Below are positions 33,304 through 46,848 of a DNA stretch of 64,000 nt, in pieces. The stretch comes from Tubiluchus corallicola (Eukaryota; Animalia; Priapulida). The position numbers and the translations under genes were made by a program. The DNA is taken from NCBI GenBank assembly GCA_030141605.1, contig JAQGDQ010000358.1, forward strand, positions 1-64,000, in the 5' to 3' direction. Each line of letters starts with the position of its first letter. Within the stretch, counting starts at the first letter, position 1. The notes beneath the pieces were generated by a model, which did not search any database, was not told the origin of the DNA, and saw nothing but the letters and a program-made list of their open reading frames with translations.

Positions 33304-35165
33304 CTTGTTGAAAACCTTGTCGTAAAATTAGCCGTCCTGGTGCCACATTTGGTGGCGGTATAAGTTATGTTTCAGTTGTCAAAGAACGAAGTTTTTCCAT
33401 CAGTACGTCATGGAAGGCAACACATACGCGAAGTCAGACTTTAATTAAACTCTGCATCTATAAACAACAGATAACGTGAACTAAACAAATGTTACTAAAA
33501 AAACGATTTAAAGTTCCTTTGGAGTTTTGAAGTAGTAATCTGTAAGCATAGACGAAAAACACCTTTTGTGCACGGCGTATACTAAAATTTGCTAATTTTT
33601 CGGTTTAAAAATTTAAAATGAGGATGTTAATATTCAAATTTCAACATTAGCCAAGCGTCGTAAACAAATGTCATTTGGGTAATTTCGTACGTTTTTAGAC
33701 TTTATTCTTATAAAATTTATTTTGATAGTTTAAAGCTTTTAATGTTGGTAAAACGACACAACGCAACTAAAATTTTCAACAAAATGATTCCACGTAAGTA
33801 AAACCTGGGAGTTAAAATTTAAACAAGTGTATTTATTTTCGTTAAACATAGTATCGCTAAAAGTTTGGTCTAACAAACCAGAATTTAGAATTAAAATCGA
33901 TTTTATTTAATGAAATCAAGCTTACACAATCTATTTATTTCTGTTTCATTTTACAGTTTTCAATTAGAAAGAGCATGAGCCATTGTATAGTGCTACTACA
34001 TTATCACGTTATCAAATTGTCATTTCACCTTTTATTTTAATATACACCTCTATTTATTACAGCATCTACAACATCACACCATATTTTCCAAGCGCACTTT
34101 CAACAAGTTATAATAACCGCTTGTGTATCCAGCGTTAATGTACTATAGTGGTTCCAATGGTTTCATCAGCATGCGTACGTGAGGAGTGGCTTCATAATGT
34201 GTACACTTGAGACCAGTTTGCGTAGCAGATCATCCTATAGAACGTTATCCCAACAGAAATTACTAAATGATGTAATAGTTTGATAATTATTACTCGCTTC
34301 TTCTAGGAACAATGAGTGTGGAAATTAATATTTACTTCCATTATTAACATAATATCATGCCTAGCGAGTTAACAGGACCAATTTTGCATGTAAGATTTGA
34401 TATGCATGTGATATTTTTGTGTTACCTCAATTACGAAGTAACCGTATAAACAGATATTTTTCGCCGGGAAGCCGTCGCGTCGCGTTCTAGTTTGCGTTGT
34501 AGTTCATGATATTTTCAGCCAGGTTATATGTTGCGGCGTCACAATAGACCAACTCCGTAATCTAAATTTTTACGATAAAACTGATTCTGGTGGCAACGCT
34601 AAGTGGCGTTCTAAATAACACACTCACAAAATGGATTCCATGACAGCAATAAATGGCGTTCAAAACAACATAACCAGACTGTTGGACAGAAAAAACGCAT
34701 TAACCGAATAACTCAATACTTTCCATTACGCCTTCGTTTCGTATAAAGTTGCAAATATTTGTGATTCTGATAACTGCTATTTCATTAAAACAAAACGCGG
34801 CTTAATGCTTATACCAGCAGCGTTAATTAGAAAACCAATAAGGCGAAGTAAGGTATAGATATGGAAATCCAACGGGGTTTGTTTGCCATAAAAATGTATT
34901 GATTTAAATTACATGCAGGCAAGCAGGCGGCTGTTTATTGCAACAATAATTCATAATCACCATTGCAGTAGCATTCAATTAACTTTTTAGACATTATTGA
35001 ACTCTATCAATTTATTTCTTTTCAGCGTTCACTCTTATATCATTTTTTTTACATTACTTAGTTTAAAGTTTACTTCAAATATAAGCACACTAAACATATT
35101 ATGCTTACAACGGTTAGCCTAACAGTTAATTAATTGAAAAAGGGGGCGCTGAAAAATTGTGATTC

Positions 35166-35228
35166 AAATAGAATTTAAACACAGAACCTGTGCTTTCATG
35201 GTACATGCTCTACCATTTCATCTACTGA
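35166..35228 (-). mobile_element. Degenerate tRNA-derived SINE head
   Basis: Revcomp agtagatgaaatggtagagcatg...ggttctgtgtttaaattc: A-box-like and B-box-like motifs at tRNA spacing; no intact cloverleaf. Confidence 0.3.
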
Positions 35229-35302
35229 CTCATCATTACAAATTTGGACTGAGTTCTCATCCTAATAATACACAATAAGTTCACGCACGCGTGCGCGTTT
35301 CT

Positions 35303-35303
35303 C

Positions 35304-35366
<63 letters not shown>

Positions 35367-35460
35367 TCTCTCTCTCCCTCCTTTCCTTCCTTCGTTCTCT
35401 CTTTCTCTTTCCCATTTTTTTCTTTCTTTCTTTCTTTCTCCGCCTCCTCTTTTTCTTGGC
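35303..35460. repeat. Poly-C/(CT)n microsatellite and pyrimidine tract
   Basis: Directly visible. Confidence 0.9.
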
Positions 35461-36137
35461 TTCTACCTTTAATCTTTAATCTCTCGCATAAGATCACCGA
35501 CTATCGCCACGCGTTCTGTTCTTACTGTGTAGTCGTGGTCGCCCAGCCTTTTGCTTCTCCATTAAGTATGTTTATACTAGTAGTCGAGTAACCACATACT
35601 TGTTTTTGAACATCTTTATAAACGTGCTAATTTCGCACATTTTTATAGTCGCAAAAGGTCACAAAACGAAGATGGCCGCTAGAAAATGAGTATTTGAGTA
35701 TTGCGTTTATTTTGCCTCGACAGAGCTGCATAAGTTAAACAGTGCACAAAGTATAATGCATGGTCAGGCAAGGTCTGGTAAAACCTTCCCGTTTTCAATA
35801 TTATTGCCTGGTTTCAAGCTTCATGTTCTTCCCAAATGTGATAGCCATGATGCCTCTAAAATAATGTTCCGAATAGGCAAGCACAAATGCAAAGTTCACT
35901 GTGCTATTATAATATAGATGAAAAGTTTAACACATATAGCAACTCATTTTAATAGATGGAAAGAGAGAATTTAAACAGACAAATGTCCCGGGAGAATTGG
36001 GCATTAGTGCAACTGTGGATATCGCTTTGTTTGAATCGTTCAAAAGCAAATTAATTTCGCGCTCATGTTCCCGTAACAGTATATTATCAAGGGTTTCATT
36101 GGGAAAATTTGAGAACCGCAAGCAATTTACTATTTAA

Positions 36138-36211
36138 CAAAATTTAAACAAGCTCAACTCAGTTTAGTATTTGGATGGGTGAACGCGTGGCATGTTAACT
36201 ATTGTTGGCAT
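36138..36211 (+). pseudogene. Degenerate 5S rRNA 3'-half (5S pseudogene fragment or SINE3-type head)
   Basis: gtttagtatttggatgggtgaacgcgtgg...ttgttggcat versus recalled 5S consensus GGTTAGTACTTGGATGGGTGACCGCCTGG...GTTGTTGGCAT; 5' half not recognisable. Confidence 0.55.
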
Positions 36212-36814
36212 AAACAGATCGCGGCCCTCTAGTATATAGGAAGGTTTTCTAACACAGAACGAAACGTAACCTGTCTGTCCGCCCGTCTGTCAGTTCATGA
36301 TGATTACGGCCTTAAAGATAGAAAACCTTTTTATCGAGGATGTGGGATTTCACAAAACAGACCTAATTACGCATTTTAAAAATTGCGGATTTATGAATAT
36401 GACACTTTGCAAAAAGAGCTTGTAACGTCTAACATCAGACACCAGAGTTGGCCGACCTTCTCTAGTCCGAAAGCTAACCGAGAAATCAAAGATCTCAGCT
36501 ACTATAGGCACTTTATGACTTCAAATGTGCTTACAAGATCGAGAAATTTTCTTCACAGATGTTTGGCCATGAAAGTGCATGTGAATAAACCAGGGATGAA
36601 CCAGAATCTTCAAATTCACGGCAATTAGACTACTAATGTTGTATGATCTCACGTAATACACCTGGAAATAACGTGTACCTTTACATGTAAAAGACTAACT
36701 ATTGGAGGAATAATGCACAACGCGTGCCTACCTTACAACATACAAGGTGTATATGAACGTAAGTAGACAGACTGATAGCAGCTAATTAGAATTTAGGTAA
36801 AAAAGTAAATATAT

Positions 36815-36923
36815 AGGTAGGTAGGTAGGTAGGTAGGTAGGTAGGTAGGTAGGTAGGTAGGTAGGTAGGTAGGCAGGTAGGTAGGTAGGTAGGTAGGTAG
36901 GCAGGTAGGCAGGTAGGTAGGTA
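36815..36923. repeat. (TAGG)n microsatellite
   Basis: Directly visible. Confidence 0.95.
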
Positions 36924-37736
36924 ATAGATACTGGGTAGTTAGGTTAAGTTAAGGTAGGCAGGCAGACAGAAAAGTAGAGAGAGAGAGGGAGAGAGAGGGG
37001 GGAGGGAGGGAAGGGGAGAGTTATCGGAAAAACACAAGCTGTGTTTTCCGTAGCACAATACAGATGGCAGCACGAAGTAGTCTCTGGTAGATTGCTTTTC
37101 CAGTAAATTTGATTTTGAAAAAGAAGCCACAACAGTTAGATATCGCCAAGAACAGTGTGATTGATAACAACGTGAAAACGACAAGGTGACAATGAAACAA
37201 CAACAACAAAAACAGACAATAAATAGCAGCAAAGCAATTACTGGAATTCAATTTAACTGAAATTCTAGTCTGTAAAATAAAACCATCATTTGTAGGTTTA
37301 GAAATGTACTCAGTTTGCGAGAACTACTCAAACGTTGTGGCTTTAAAAACTTTGTTAGCTCGATTAGTTTAATATTTTAAATGAAAGAATTTGTGAACTA
37401 AAGCTTCCCTTTGTGAAAATTCCATATAGCGTTTTTATATGCTATTATTTTTATGTGACCGTCGCTCTTGGTCTAAAGTTGGCGTGTTCATGTCAGCTGT
37501 TCTTTTTCATTCTCATTAAAACATGAGCCAAGCCTCGTCCATCATTCTGAAGTATATTGGCAAGCATTGAATGCTGCACTTTTCCTTCGGAAAAGTTAAT
37601 GAATTTTGTACTTCAGGTTGATTATCTTATTAACGTATTGTAGAAGTATGGCAGTAAGCAGCGCATTGGATTGTACATAACTGTTGGACAAATATGCTAG
37701 GTCTTCATAGCAATCAACTCCAGAGATGGTCGTGAC

Positions 37737-37832
<96 letters not shown>

Positions 37833-37868
37833 AATAATAATGATGATGGTGATGATGATGATGATAAT
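37737..37868. repeat. (ATG)n microsatellite
   Basis: Directly visible. Confidence 0.95.
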
Positions 37869-37879
37869 CGTGCAGAAAT

Positions 37880-39590
37880 ACAATAGATGTTTGATAATGG
37901 CTAATTGAACTTAGTCAAAGCATTTTCAGCTCACCTGCAGTGCCGCTTCACAAACAAGGTGCCTCTATTAGAAACTGTGTAGACTACAAAAAATAAATAA
38001 GATCACAAAAAGTGACAATTTCTTAGTCCCAATGATTGCATAGATCAGCTTGGGCAAACCTTTTATGTTAGTAAATATGATTCATTCAAGGGTACTGGGA
38101 CTATTGGCAAATATCTCTAACAGGCAGGGTTAAAATATTGGTGTTTGTAGTTGGTTATGACATGCCAATTTTTTATTAAGCATTTTGGCTTAAAAATGCC
38201 CCGGCGACCTTTGTACGTTTGTGATAAGTTGTGTCACTTATATTGACAATGTTATAATTCACAGTGAATCTTGAGTAAATCGCTTAATATACACCAAAGT
38301 CGTTACCATATATGAGTTGATTGCTGCAAATTTAGCGATTAACATACAGTGTAAGTAAAAGCGAAATTGGTAAGCTCAAGTAACTTACTTAGGTTACACT
38401 GTTGATGAGGATAACTCATTTGCCAATGGAAGTCCAAATCAAAGCTATACTAGACCTTCCGCCGCCCATTACAAAACGAGAACTGGTGGGAATTTTGGGG
38501 ATTTCGGGTTCCTATCGTATAAATTTGTTTCATATTCCGCTACCTTATCTGCACCACTTATCAAACTGCTCACAAAAATGCGGAATTTTGTTGGTCAGCA
38601 GCCTATCAAAAACTTTTGACAAGCTTCTAGGTATTCAGATTTTGTACTGAAAACACCAGATTTTCAGCAACTTTTCAAGTTAGCAGCTGATGCTAGTGAT
38701 GTAGTAGTAGGCGCTGCTCTGCTGTAGATGTAGATGAAGGATGGCGTAGAGCGTTCACTCGCTAGCTTTTCTAAAAAACTGCCTAATCCCTTATTCAACT
38801 ATCGAGAACGAAACATTAGCAATGATTTTGGCTATACGACATCTCGACATTTATATTACTTATAATCACTCACCTACTGTAATATTTACATTATAATCCA
38901 TTTACATTTTTGCACAGATTCAGAAATAAGAATCAACGATTATTGCGATGGAATCTGTTCCTCCAACAGAATGGCTTAAACGTATTGCATGTTAAAGGTA
39001 ATGAAACTGTGCTAGGCACGTGCCACACAGAGAAAGGCGTAAGAAGCAAGCCATAGTCTATAATCAGTAATCCAACAGGTGTCTTCTATCTTCTATAAGG
39101 CGTATATCATAGTCCGCGGTATGCTTCTTCTCTGTTTAAATAGTAAGATGTTTTGCCATAATCCGTTTCGTCAATGCAAGTACCTAGTTTCAGTATTAGT
39201 GAGCTGTCGTGCTTAAAATGCTTTATAATGTTTATGAGACCACACTGTTATGAATTCTTATTGTATAAATGAATTGTGAACTGTAGAAGCCACAAACGTG
39301 CTAATTACTGCTTTAGTGATAATCCAAAACGCTTTATGGCAAATAAAATTAATGGCCAAATTCCTTTCGTAATAAGGCGCTTTATGAACCGCTCGAAACG
39401 GCTTGTGAGGAGCCTACCGCTGACGGCTTAAGGTAGACAAACCGCGATGGCGGAAGATGGCAAATAAATTATTAGTGTGACACTGGCCATTCGTTAGCAA
39501 ACGTTCATTCTTTTCTCCTCGCGGCTTACGCCTTACGGGTTATGTCCAGCTCTGTGTGACACGGGCCTAAGCGGACATCTTATCAACGTA
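37880..39590 (+). mobile_element. Decayed Ty3/Gypsy pol fragment (RT + RNase H), interrupted by a MITE near its 3' end
   Basis: Ordered motifs across frameshifts and stops: MFDNGLIE..SSPAV..SIRNCVDY, NDCIDQLGQ, YWQI, LKNAPATF, YIDN (YIDD site), QVTYLGYTV, FKLAADASDVVVGAAL, YSTIENETLAM, NQRLLRWNLFLQ, HVKGNETVL|ADILS. Confidence 0.85.
39013..39569. mobile_element. Non-autonomous DNA transposon (PIF/Harbinger-like ends) nested in the Gypsy remnant
   Basis: Ends TAGGCACGTGCCACACAGAG (39013) and revcomp TAGGCCCGTGTCACACAGAG (ends 39569), 18/20; shared subterminal AAGGCGTAAG; superfamily assignment uncertain. Confidence 0.75.
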
Positions 39591-40143
39591 CTGTTGCAGG
39601 TAAACAAAAAACAAAGTTTTTTTCTTTTTGAGATGTTACAACTCGCTTGTTTATTTTAAATTTTAAATTCGCACACCTGAGTTTGTAACCTGCGTGTCCT
39701 AGTTTAGTTTAGTTGCTAAAGAAGCGGAATTAACGACGGCTACTCGAAACGACAGTTTTATGATGTCTTTATTTGATTATTTTGTCAAACGTTAATAAAC
39801 TAATTACAAAGTAAACTTATTATTTTCTAATTAGTAAAACTTACAGATCGTGTTATCAGATGAAAGAAAAAATAAAGCTGGATTACGCTAACAAACAATT
39901 CATTCCGATGGGCAAAAATTTTAGAGAATATAAAAACCTCAGAATAATAAATTTTAAGCAAATAGGCAAATGTACATGGGCCCACGTGAAGCATCCAAAA
40001 TCGAAAAATAAATCCGTTACGCTTTGTCAAAAACATTAATATTGGAAAAGTTTATCACTGATTTTGATAGCACATACGCAATTGAAAAACTAAACAACAA
40101 TAGCAATATATCTGCAGTTATACATTAATATTGAGCAAATCAA

Positions 40144-40440
40144 TGACATCAGTTACTGACATCATGATGTCAAGCGTTGCGTTTCGTAAGGTGAACACAA
40201 ATTCGTAAAATTGGATGACTTTGACAGATGACCATAGCTGAATTGATCGTGTGGCTACCATATAGGAATCGCGCACTAATTAGGAACGTTCAGAGTAGCT
40301 AATGATTAATTTTGCTCAGTGCAATTGCAATATTCAAGGTAGCAGTTCATTTGAGGTATGCCGGAAGATCTTTCAATCATAACTTAGGCTTAACTTGGTT
40401 AATCGTGGAGTCACAAATTAATATTATTCTAATGTATAAA
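40144..40440 (+). promoter_or_regulatory. Candidate promoter of the decarboxylase: three CRE-variant sites and a TATA box
   Basis: TGACATCA 40144-40151 and 40157-40164, TGATGTCA 40165-40172, TATAAA 40435-40440; ATG at 40571. Confidence 0.35.
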
Positions 40441-40570
40441 TGAAAACTGTGTTCTGCAGTTTTTTTATTATATTAACTAGTCTTCCAATAACTAGAACAT
40501 TTTCTGTAAAGCAAAGTAGAAAAATACACACCCTGTAATTGGATTTTAAGTATTGTGCGATGCAGTTCTT

Positions 40571-41292
40571 ATGCAAAGCAGAGACGGGTGTTCATTCGGA
40601 AGTGCGCTTGCTCTGTTATTCCGACTTCCGGTGACCAAACGTGACATGTGCGGGGCGTGGGTGTCCGCAGCGGGCAACGTACTAGCAGCCGGACGAAAAA
40701 TTGACACATTTCGAATAGAACAAAACGGACAATGTTTTAAAAGCTTATCTACACGTAGCTCCCAAACAGAGATTCTTTGTTGGAATCCAAAAAGAGATTC
40801 TAGAACAGACAGTTTTTGGACTAGAAATGCACCTAAAGAAGCTGAATCGGTGTCCCACTGCAATGTGGCAGGGACGAGTCTGAGCTGGGAGCTCTATCTT
40901 ACTCAAAACGCCAGTTCTAACGAGGCGGACAAAGACATTTGCAATTTTGAAACTGCTGACAAATGTGAAAAGAAACTCGACCTTCTAACAGAAATTTTTC
41001 TAGAAGAAGAAACAAAAGAAGAGAAATTACTATGCTGCCAAGAATTCAGTAAACGTGAACTAAAGGGCTTAGCTCTGAACGAGAAGCAAAAACCAGAGGA
41101 GAAACTCATGTTGCACAACGCTTGTAGCCATGACGAAATTAGTTTGAAAGAGAATGACTCGAAACAGAGACTGCACGAAAAAAATTGGGAGACTATGAGC
41201 TCGGCAGAAGATGACAGTTTTCTTAAACAAAATATTCAGACGACGCCGTTTTACGGGAATGGACAACAAGGAGTAGACGTTTCAAATTCCAG
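40571..41292 (+). CDS. Probable first coding exon of the decarboxylase (240-aa non-catalytic N-terminal extension)
   Basis: Longest non-repetitive ORF in the window; ends at CCAG|gtaggt in phase 2, matching the phase-2 acceptor ctttttTGTAG|T at 47961 in frame with the decarboxylase; no recognisable homology. Confidence 0.6.
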
Positions 41293-41519
41293 GTAGGTGA
41301 TAAATATACTATTCAGGTACTATAATGTAATGAGAAAATAAAACACAGAAAACATTGAAAATAAATTCATTCAAATAGTGCTGATAAGTTGATAATGTAA
41401 AATATAAACCAAATGCTAAAATACGTACGTACGACTATTGCGTGTAGAGAAAAAACATCGCGGGACGACAATAAAAGTAAAAGCTAACCTTTTGTATGTA
41501 GCAATACCGTTCCACAACC

Positions 41520-41705
41520 GCAACAGCCGGAACCTAACGAATAACATCAACAACAGCAGCGGTAGCGGCAGCAACAGCAACAGCTATAGCAGCAGCAACA
41601 ACAATAGCAACAGCAACAGGACCGCCAGCAAAAACACCAACAACAGCAATAGCAATGTCACCAACAACAACAACGACGACAACAACGACGGCAACAACAA
41701 CAATA
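41520..41705. repeat. Degenerate (CAA/CAG)n trinucleotide tract
   Basis: Directly visible. Confidence 0.75.
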
Positions 41706-41811
41706 AAAGCAAAAATCTGACGTTGTTTTTGAACTTTTTTGCTTTTGCATAGTTCTGTTTTTAAAATCCGTTTTAACAGAAAGCTGTTCAGTCGGTCAAC
41801 ACAGAAAATTT

Positions 41812-42325
<514 letters not shown>

Positions 42326-43729
42326 GTTTCTCCTCTGGTTCAACACCACTAGAAAAAACAAACTAAGTACATAAATGGCTCCTCCCCATATAAGTCTTAA
42401 ATTAAGAAATTTTATACGACTTAGAAACAGCAGTCGTTTCTTATCTGCTTTCCATTTTTTCTGCGTCTTTCAGACATGTGCAGACGCATTTTATCATGTC
42501 ATAAGTCTTTAATTTATCAAATAATTATCTGGTGATTCCACAAAATCGAACAGAAGAGAAAAATGTCTATGGAAATATACAGCAAAATGAGATAGGGCAA
42601 TTTCCCCACTTCATATAGTTTGAAAACGTACCACGTACATTATGTGAATGAAGAAAAGCGGCAGTGGCGTAACAGCTGAGTCTGACGCGATATTTAAATC
42701 CCTTTTGATGCTAATCCTTACAGTTTATTCTTTATAGCCTACACATATTTTCTATCGTTGGTATGCGGGAGGGGTTAAATTGAATCACTATAACACGTTA
42801 ATTATCAAGGTTTATTCAGCGTATCATACTTTATGTAGGCATTTTAATGGCTGAGGTGACAGAGGTAATCTTGTCTTCAACTGAAAATATTCGTGGCATT
42901 ACAATCGGATGTAACACAACACATGAAGAAAATTATTCAACATATTTTATTACTAACCAGTTATTATTGTAGGTGCCTTGTCAAATTCAACATTATGTTA
43001 ACGCTATATATATATACATGTAGGCCTATATATGTATTCTATTTATGTATATATAACAACCGAGGCTAATGGCGCAACTCCAACTCCAAGTGCATCTGGA
43101 TGTCAAATGAAAGGTCTCGATCTAGCGTGGTCTCATTGGTTACTTTACTTTACCTTACTTACTTTTGATGACTTATTTTTCGAATCTGGGCCAACGGAAG
43201 GAACGGAGGACCAAAACCTTCAAAATAGTAACTTTTCGCCCTCATTTTCCCAATAACATAAATCTTATTTCTAGAGAACGGGAATTTGCGGGGGCGGTAA
43301 TGGTTGAATTGCCAGTGCAACAGTAGACTACTTAGAATTCGCCATGGTTTCCCGCAACTGGCGTTTTCCCGAACCCATTTGCCTAAATTTTGCGAAAAAC
43401 TGCACAAACAGCCTTCAGAAAAAACAACTTATGCAATTGTTTGGGCAAAAATAAACACATTCGCGGAAAGGAAACAGCCTGCAAGGTGTGAAGGTTTCGC
43501 TGGATGTATTTCAAAGTTCTTTTTAAACACTACCCGCTCCCAGTGCTGCACGCTATTCGAAACACCTGTTGTCTTTGCATTTCAGAAATTAAGTGCCTGT
43601 TCGTGGTATTGTCGTCAACCGCCGTTCTACTGTTCCATAGGTTTGTCATTGTACATGTACATGTATAAGTTATTAATTATGACACAACAAACGACTTCAC
43701 TTATGCCATTACCATACAATCCTCGCCAG

Positions 43730-44370
43730 GACACACCACCCACATCACACCCACCACACTACACCACGTCACCCAAACAACAACACCTATATCTCACCAC
43801 CCACCACACCACACCACACTACTAAAGTGGATGCAGTAGGTGCACTTAGATCTCCCAGGTGGCCGACGGCTTCCCACAATGGACATTTTCCTGGAGCCGA
43901 CCTCATGATTTATTCGAATTTTAACCACACATCGCAGAGAAAAACATCCTAGTGGTGCTTCTTATGAGCCTTGGACGGATATTTATAGCTCTTCAGAAAG
44001 ACGACGACCCGAGGGTTGTGGGTCTCTTTTACAAAAGTTCTACTATAGGGAACAGCTACGAGTTGATAGAAGGATATATTTTAGGGAATTCTCTCTTGGA
44101 ACACTATTGACCCTATTCGTGACGTCATGGCATTATATTCTATACTTTGCTTCAGTATTTTGTATAAGGTGTCGCGCTGGCTGTTCTAATAGGGTATAGT
44201 GGGGTAATGTCGGTCATCCAGTTTTTATACACTTAAATTAGGTCACGTGGTGTAATATATGTGATGTCGTGCGGGTGGTGTGGTGTGGTGTGATGTGACG
44301 TGGTATGAGTGGTGTGGTATGGGTGGTGTAAGGTAGGTGGTGTGGTGTGGTGTGGTGGATATGGTATGGT
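43730..44370. repeat. Two degenerate pentamer arrays in opposite orientation: (CACCA)n 43730-43822 and (TGGTG)n 44270-44370
   Basis: Directly visible; also tacaccacgtcacc on the left and ggtcacgtggtgta / gtgacgtggt on the right. Confidence 0.6.
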
Positions 44371-44597
44371 TTGTCAGTGAGTTTATGCGCAATATTTTTC
44401 GCGGGGTTTGGCTGGTTTATAAAATATTAATGCAAATGCAAAGTAAATCACTGGAAAAATCTAAATTAGGCCGATAATACCCCAATATACCATATATGTA
44501 AGTAGTATGAACCATCACTAAAAAAGCAATTTGCAAACACTATGTAGACTAATCTGAGATCTCACCCTTGTAGTCTTGTAGTACACAGTCAGTACAG

Positions 44598-44815
<218 letters not shown>

Positions 44816-46468
44816 TTTGCCTTATTGATGTGTAATAGCACCAGTGCAACATACTAACATGTACTAGCTACTTCACATGTTACGTGTATGATATCCCAGT
44901 TGCCAATGTTATCATTTAGAGATACGCGAAAGGAAATAGTTACGATAATTGCAGTTGAAAGCGGCTGCAATTAGAATCAAGGCCTATTCATGTGCTAATT
45001 AATTAGGTATGACAGTGTTAACTTCTGCTAAATCTGGGATTAGCACTGGCGGTCGTAGTCGATTCCAATATTAACGTCGAGCGGGCTGCATGGCTTAATA
45101 CGTAAGCATTTGCATTTATAACGGTTCTAGAAGAATGACAAATGTTGCATTATTAAGATGTTACTTTATGCCATATATATATATGCCATTATAATATATT
45201 ATATATAATATGCTAATGAAACGTATTTTGGTAATGAAACAGCTATCAAGTTATTAAACTTATTATTAATAAATCACTAGCTACATACTCTGTGTTTCAA
45301 AAAAGCCTTATTATTTAAAAAAAACTATTAGAATAGTAATTACAAGAGGAATCAAATGACAAATTGATTGCTGAGATTATGTTTCATACGAATTTTGGTC
45401 TCATCAAACTATCAACAAGTACATTCGAATCGTCACTGTATTTCGATAGTAGATTAAAAAACTTTTTAGTATGCAACTAATTTACCCTTCTGGCCTATGT
45501 TCTCTAGAGTCAGCATTATAGCAGAAGAAACGCAAAGCTTTTCTTCTGCTACGAAGAAACGAATAAGAGTCTGCCACAATATCAACGTAGGTGGTCGATT
45601 AACCGCAAAGAAAACTGAAAATTAAACTAATGGAAACTTAATAGTTTAGACCCTGTATTATGACCCTGTGTGGTCCTATACCGAGGAGTGACGTTATCGG
45701 AAGAGGGTACAAAAAAAAACAAAAAATTTTAAGTGTAAGAAGTGACATTTTATAAACAATTTTACAAAAGATTTTGGTCTAGAAACTCCCTGCCTATATT
45801 TCTGACATAAATAACAACAGTCTGTGTGTGTATCAAATGGTAACACAATTACAGCTATAATTGAATGTCAAACTTTCAAATTAGGTCGCCAAGTAAAATA
45901 AAAACCGCAGATGGCAACTTTAACGGCAAGATTCGACAGACTGAGGCAACTAACTGAATTGTCTTTTCAGGTGCCACATTGCTACTTTTTCTTTTGAATT
46001 TTATAAATTATATGCGCCGCTTACCTCGATTTATTGAATTAAGCCTGTGTACGTGTAGGGATCCTTACGCGCAGTATGCATATTAAAATTGATGTTGCAG
46101 GGGGCGCTTAGAGCGGATTTTCAACGGAAATGTCAAGAAGTTTTTACTACCTACAACGTTTATTCGTTGAGCCTCTTCCGTTTTGTGGTTGACTATAAAT
46201 ACAGCGGCTGAGTAGAGAATAAAACCCCACGAATCTCAGCTACGCGTTTTAGTGAGAATATATATAATAGTCTTTAAAGAGAAGGCAACTTCTACCATGA
46301 TTGACAGCCAACTTCGGTTTGGTGGCCGAATTGTCTAACTGCGACTGCGGACATGCTTTGTGGTTGCAGTCTTGGGTACGAGACTAGCGGCTCCCAATGC
46401 CAGGGCACGTTAGGCCTATTCGCTACTTGTGTAACTCAAGGTGTAAAGCTGTTAGTACTAAATGTCGC

Positions 46469-46848
46469 GGTGCGTGGAAAAAAGGTACAGGAAAAAATGT
46501 CACGGCTAAAATGGCACAGGAAAACATGTCACGGTTAAAATGGCACAGGAAAAAGTGACACAAGAAATTGGAAACAAATAGCAAAATAGGTAAAAATGGC
46601 ACAAGAAAAAACGGAAATGCAAAAATGGCACAGGAAAAAAGTGACACAAGATATTGGAAACAAATTGCGAAGTAGGCAAAAATGGCACAAAAAACGGAAA
46701 CTTAAAAATGCCACAGGAAAAATGACACGGAATTATTGTTTTCTGTGTCATTTTACCTACTTTTCAATTTGTGCTATTTTTTCCAGCGCCATTTTTACCA
46801 TGTCATTTTTTCTGTGCCATTATTACCTGTGCCATTTCTCCTACATTC
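46469..46848. mobile_element. Foldback/MULE-like non-autonomous element with modular inverted arms, 380 bp
   Basis: Left arm of tandem AAAATGGCACAGGAAAA-type units, right arm of inverted TGTGCCATT units; 9-bp flanks aaatgtcgc (46460-46468) / aactgttgc (46849-46857), 7/9. Confidence 0.7.

Noticed and set aside
43304-43825. 173-aa ORF in Tdc intron 1
   Set aside because: Starts at TTG, runs through repeat-like and CACCA low-complexity DNA, has no domain and no convincing splice sites.
45519-45551. 12-bp stem-loop resembling an intrinsic terminator
   Set aside because: Eukaryotic intron and no U-tract; no functional support.
46320-46385. tRNA gene (GGTGGCCGAATTGTCTAA...GGGTACGAGACT)
   Set aside because: Only degenerate A/B-box-like motifs and no cloverleaf; at most an old SINE head.
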